DNA of 64,000 nucleotides, taken from assembly GCA_965238005.1 (NCBI GenBank), contig OZ250165.1, positions 800,001 to 864,000 on the forward strand, in the 5' to 3' direction. Source of the DNA: Longimicrobiales bacterium. GTDB taxonomy: Bacteria; Gemmatimonadota; Gemmatimonadetes; Longimicrobiales; Gaopeijiaceae. Shown piece by piece: positions 60,991-64,000 of the stretch (positions within the stretch are counted from its first letter, which is position 1; every line of letters starts with the position of its first letter). Position numbers and translations under genes: made by a program. The notes beneath the pieces were generated by a model that worked only from the letters and a program-made list of their open reading frames with translations, made no database searches and had not been told where the DNA came from.

Positions 60991-62406
60991 TCAGCGCAAG
61001 CCACGAACCCTTCTAGTCGTATCGCGGGCTTCAACGAACCCCGGGTTGGCCGCTGTACGTTCGAGTGTGTTGGTGGATATTTGGGGTTTGTGAGGACTCC
61101 GCAGCGTAACACCCAGGACCTCGATTCTAGGACCTCCAACAAGCGAACGCAGCACCTCCGAGAGCACGAATGTTGCAGCGACGCAGCCTACGAAGGCAGC
61201 CCCTACGGACCTTCCAGCCACTTCGATGATGCCGCACCTAATCTCGTCATCGGTTAGTTCGGTTGTCCTCCTGAGTCGCCGATAGAAGTCCTGATATGCA
61301 GGTTGGTCAACAAACGAACTTGTGTACGGCACGGCACGCTCAACCCAAGCATTCGCTGCTTCGATGCCTGACGGGAAGGAATGAATCAAGATGTCAAGGT
61401 AGTTCCTTGGGCCGCCGCCCAATCCCGCGTCGACGATCAGATCAAAACCAGCCCCCTCAAGGAGCCGTCTTGGAGCAGGGTCATCGACTCCAACGAGTGC
61501 AGCTCTCGGCTCGTTGACGCTCCGCCGCGTAGCAGAGTCGAAATGCCGTTCAGTTATGGTCGTATTGAACCCTAGCGCTTCCAGGCGGCCGCAGACGACG
61601 CGTGTCTTCTTGTGGCCAACCAGCGAATCATCGCTGAGCATCCCCGTGCTTCCGTTGGCCTTCACGATCCGGTCGAAATCGTGAAGAAGCAGATCAACAG
61701 CTGAGCGGTCCTCGTAGGGCAGGAAGCCCAGCGCCCACGCATATGCCTGTCCGAGGTGGCCGAGACCGATTAGCCAGAGCCGCTTAGGCAAATAGCGACA
61801 TCGTTCACCATAGGCGGACTCATCCCGCCAATCGCACCGCGGTTCCCAAAGCGAAAGCCCAGTTGAGCGCCGACCGGCGACAGCGTTGCCGCGCAGATTC
61901 TGAAATGCCTCCGATACTCCAAGGGATGCTGCAAGCATCCCCGCCAAGGGGAATTCGACTGACTCAGCCAGCCGATCCTTTGTTTCCTCGACGACGCCGC
62001 CCGACCATCCCTCCCAGGTTATGTGCAGAACGAAGCTCCCAACCGACTGTACCTTCACGTCCCCAACTACGAGAGTTGGGTGGTCACGGTCTAGGGATTC
62101 GACAATCTCTCCTCCATAGCTCTCAACGGCGGTGGCCATGTCCATCCCATCAGCCCAGGCCACTCCCATGCGCCCGTGCTCACGAAGACAAACTCGAACG
62201 CCGCCAAGGAAAGCACGAACGGCGGTATTGACCGCAGTCAGCAACATTGCCTGCCGGGTCTCGCTTTCGCTAACACCGACGCCGACGTCGATCTGGAGTA
62301 CATAACCGGCCATGATCTCCTGCGCTTCATCGACGGTGCGAGCGCGACCTTCATCCAATTCGAGCTTGGTAGTGCGGTGAAGCTCGTCGGAGCTGAGTGT
62401 GTCCAT
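60991..62406 (-). CDS. bilD: E1-like ThiF enzyme (BilD-like)
   Basis: LIGLGHLGQ, DFD..N.STG, KTR, GVDD..RR, DAGLG, RCG..AGRSVGAAFVG. Confidence 0.88.
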   Translation of the reverse strand: MDTLSSDELHRTTKLELDEGRARTVDEAQEIMAGYVLQIDVGVGVSESETRQAMLLTAVNTAVRAFLGGVRVCLREHGRMGVAWADGMDMATAVESYGGEIVESLDRDHPTLVVGDVKVQSVGSFVLHITWEGWSGGVVEETKDRLAESVEFPLAGMLAASLGVSEAFQNLRGNAVAGRRSTGLSLWEPRCDWRDESAYGERCRYLPKRLWLIGLGHLGQAYAWALGFLPYEDRSAVDLLLHDFDRIVKANGSTGMLSDDSLVGHKKTRVVCGRLEALGFNTTITERHFDSATRRSVNEPRAALVGVDDPAPRRLLEGAGFDLIVDAGLGGGPRNYLDILIHSFPSGIEAANAWVERAVPYTSSFVDQPAYQDFYRRLRRTTELTDDEIRCGIIEVAGRSVGAAFVGCVAATFVLSEVLRSLVGGPRIEVLGVTLRSPHKPQISTNTLERTAANPGFVEARDTTRRVRGLR

Positions 62407-62940
62407 TCACCTGCTCCTTATACGGAGGACGCGTTCTGCCCGTGAGCCAAACCATGATGCCCAGCCACGGTCCCCGCGATACTCGTGAACTCCGACCTCC
62501 CTTGCTTGGACTGGACGAGTACCGTAGTGCGGCACGATAAGCGCGAGATGCCCTTCTCTAGCGATCATAGGGTTCGCTCGATCTATGGAACTTTGGGCGA
62601 CCGAAGTGCTTGGGTGAGTATGGATGTCAGCTACGACCCGGAGGCTCTCCGCATCACACAGATCCCACAGTTTCGCGAAACCAGAGGCTCGAATGTGAAT
62701 GATGCCGACTAGGCATTCGGCATCAAGGTCGTCAAAGTAGGCAGACCTTACCACTATAGGTACTCGCTCTCCCGCATGGGCAAGCAAAAAGACGCCCGCT
62801 TCCCGTCTGCCACCAAGGCTTCTACGACCGAGCTCCTGGACCGTCTCTTGCCACAAGTCGAGGCCAATCTCAAGGCGGGGTCGGCTCGGCCAAAGCCCTC
62901 GGCACCAATGAAAGAGCGATCTAAATGCCCGTGTAATCAT
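62407..62940 (-). CDS. bilC: JAB/MPN metallo-isopeptidase (BilC-like)
   Basis: REAG, IHTHP-x-QSSID JAMM motif. Confidence 0.9.
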   Translation of the reverse strand: MITRAFRSLFHWCRGLWPSRPRLEIGLDLWQETVQELGRRSLGGRREAGVFLLAHAGERVPIVVRSAYFDDLDAECLVGIIHIRASGFAKLWDLCDAESLRVVADIHTHPSTSVAQSSIDRANPMIAREGHLALIVPHYGTRPVQAREVGVHEYRGDRGWASWFGSRAERVLRIRSR

Positions 62941-63400
62941 CGTTGTTTAGCATCTGGTGCAGGATTTGGAGTAGCCATGCGAGGTCTTTTGAGGAGTCCC
63001 AAACTCGTCGCGGGTGCTGTGTTGTCCAGCTGGAGTGCCCATTCAGGGCCACACGATCAAAAGGTGCGTAGAGCGCCCGCCCACCTTTCCAGTCAGTGCG
63101 AAATACGTGGCCCACTCGTTTCCCCTTGGGCCTCAAAGCCGACTCAAGCACATCTCCGGTTGTCGGATTCCAAGGTGTTGCCGTTGGAGCCGATTCCGGG
63201 TAACCAGCTAGGTCAAATCGCAGCACGTACTCAGAAGGCGCGCTGTCTCTTGGGCCAGCTGTTACGGCAATCATCACGGCAGGCCAAGCGATGTCGCCCA
63301 CGATCTGCCATCTGCCTCGGTCCACACCCTCTTGGAACCGAGCGCTGGCCACATGTTGGCGAAGGACCCGCTCATCTGGGGACACAGAAACTGCAGCCAC
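62921..63400 (-). CDS. bilB: E2-like protein (BilB-like) without any cysteine
   Basis: LRFDLAGYPESAPT..PW, VFRTDW, LYAPFDR, GH..W. Confidence 0.85.
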   Translation of the reverse strand: MAAVSVSPDERVLRQHVASARFQEGVDRGRWQIVGDIAWPAVMIAVTAGPRDSAPSEYVLRFDLAGYPESAPTATPWNPTTGDVLESALRPKGKRVGHVFRTDWKGGRALYAPFDRVALNGHSSWTTQHPRRVWDSSKDLAWLLQILHQMLNNDDYTGI

Positions 63401-63403
63401 ACC

Positions 63404-63868
63404 CTAACCCGCGAATCGTTCCCTGGGAAGAAGGTCGAGGCAGACGGAGCAATCGTCATCCGCGTAAAAGCCGATGTGATCTGCTTGGTCAAGCTCGGTG
63501 TCCGTCCCGCAGATCGCGAACACGTGCTTGGCAGCTTCACTGTCAGTCAGCTTGAAGCCTTCCGGGCTTGCAGCCCACTTCAGGATCAAGTCAGCGCTAG
63601 TGGGCGGTGGAAATGATTCCTCTATGGAATCGCCGCCAAAGCGAACCTTGACGAGAACTCCCTTACAGGTAGACACGTGAAGGTGGCACCGTTCGACTAC
63701 ACCTATTTCCGCCAACGTCTTCTCAAGATCAAGCGGCTCCTTACCGTCCTCTAGCCAGACCAAGGCCTCCTCGCCGAGGCACTCTATGGCGAAGTCTCGG
63801 ACTGTCTTGTCAGGGTCGACCTTGATGAACCCTGTCTCAGTAGCTCGCTGGTGAAGAAAGATCTCCAT
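63404..63868 (-). CDS. bilA: two-domain ubiquitin-like protein (BilA-like, 154 aa)
   Basis: AAGGAG RBS before ATG 63868; ends LDLLPRERFAG with terminal Gly; first gene of Ubl-E2-JAB-E1. Confidence 0.85.
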   Translation of the reverse strand: MEIFLHQRATETGFIKVDPDKTVRDFAIECLGEEALVWLEDGKEPLDLEKTLAEIGVVERCHLHVSTCKGVLVKVRFGGDSIEESFPPPTSADLILKWAASPEGFKLTDSEAAKHVFAICGTDTELDQADHIGFYADDDCSVCLDLLPRERFAG

Positions 63869-64000
63869 CGTACGTTCTCCTTGCACTCGCGGCGCGGTCG
63901 ACGAGCTTGCGCTGCAGCCCGCCGCGATGGTATTGTTTGCGAATCCGACGTGGGATTCGACAAGAGCAATATTGCACATGAGACGCATAATTGCAAGAGA

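Overview
GC-rich bacterial accessory region with no housekeeping, rRNA or tRNA genes; the Ig-repeat lipoprotein and adhesin style loosely suggests a Gemmatimonadota/Acidobacteriota-like host (inference only). It is a defence island built around an integrative conjugative element (ICE). Left part: IS3/IS256/IS21 debris, a class-3 lipase and a type III CBASS (HTH-metallopeptidase regulator, CdnC, HORMA, TRIP13). The nucC position in that operon is occupied by a decayed xis-int copy, and an intact NucC homologue lies convergently about 1 kb away. Middle (about 12.85-48.2 kb): a probable ICE with att-like ends, a solitary type I-C CRISPR repeat, a Cre-like recombinase bracketed by two inverted 34-bp lox-like sites, a large adhesin, alpA-virB2/3/4/9/10/5/6/8, virD4, virB11, ardC, a relaxase-like gene, xis and int. 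A nested 10-kb P4-integrase island carries an MmeI-like R-M gene, an HTH-nuclease-STAND protein and a covarying copy of a hairpin also found in the host ICE. Right part: a 5'-truncated mza (Z1-DUF4420-AIPR) cluster, an Ig-repeat hydrolase lipoprotein, a second P4-type integrase, and a proteasome-beta-like Ntn hydrolase facing a BilABCD ubiquitin-like operon whose E2 contains no cysteine. All family calls come from motif recognition by eye; no searches were run.
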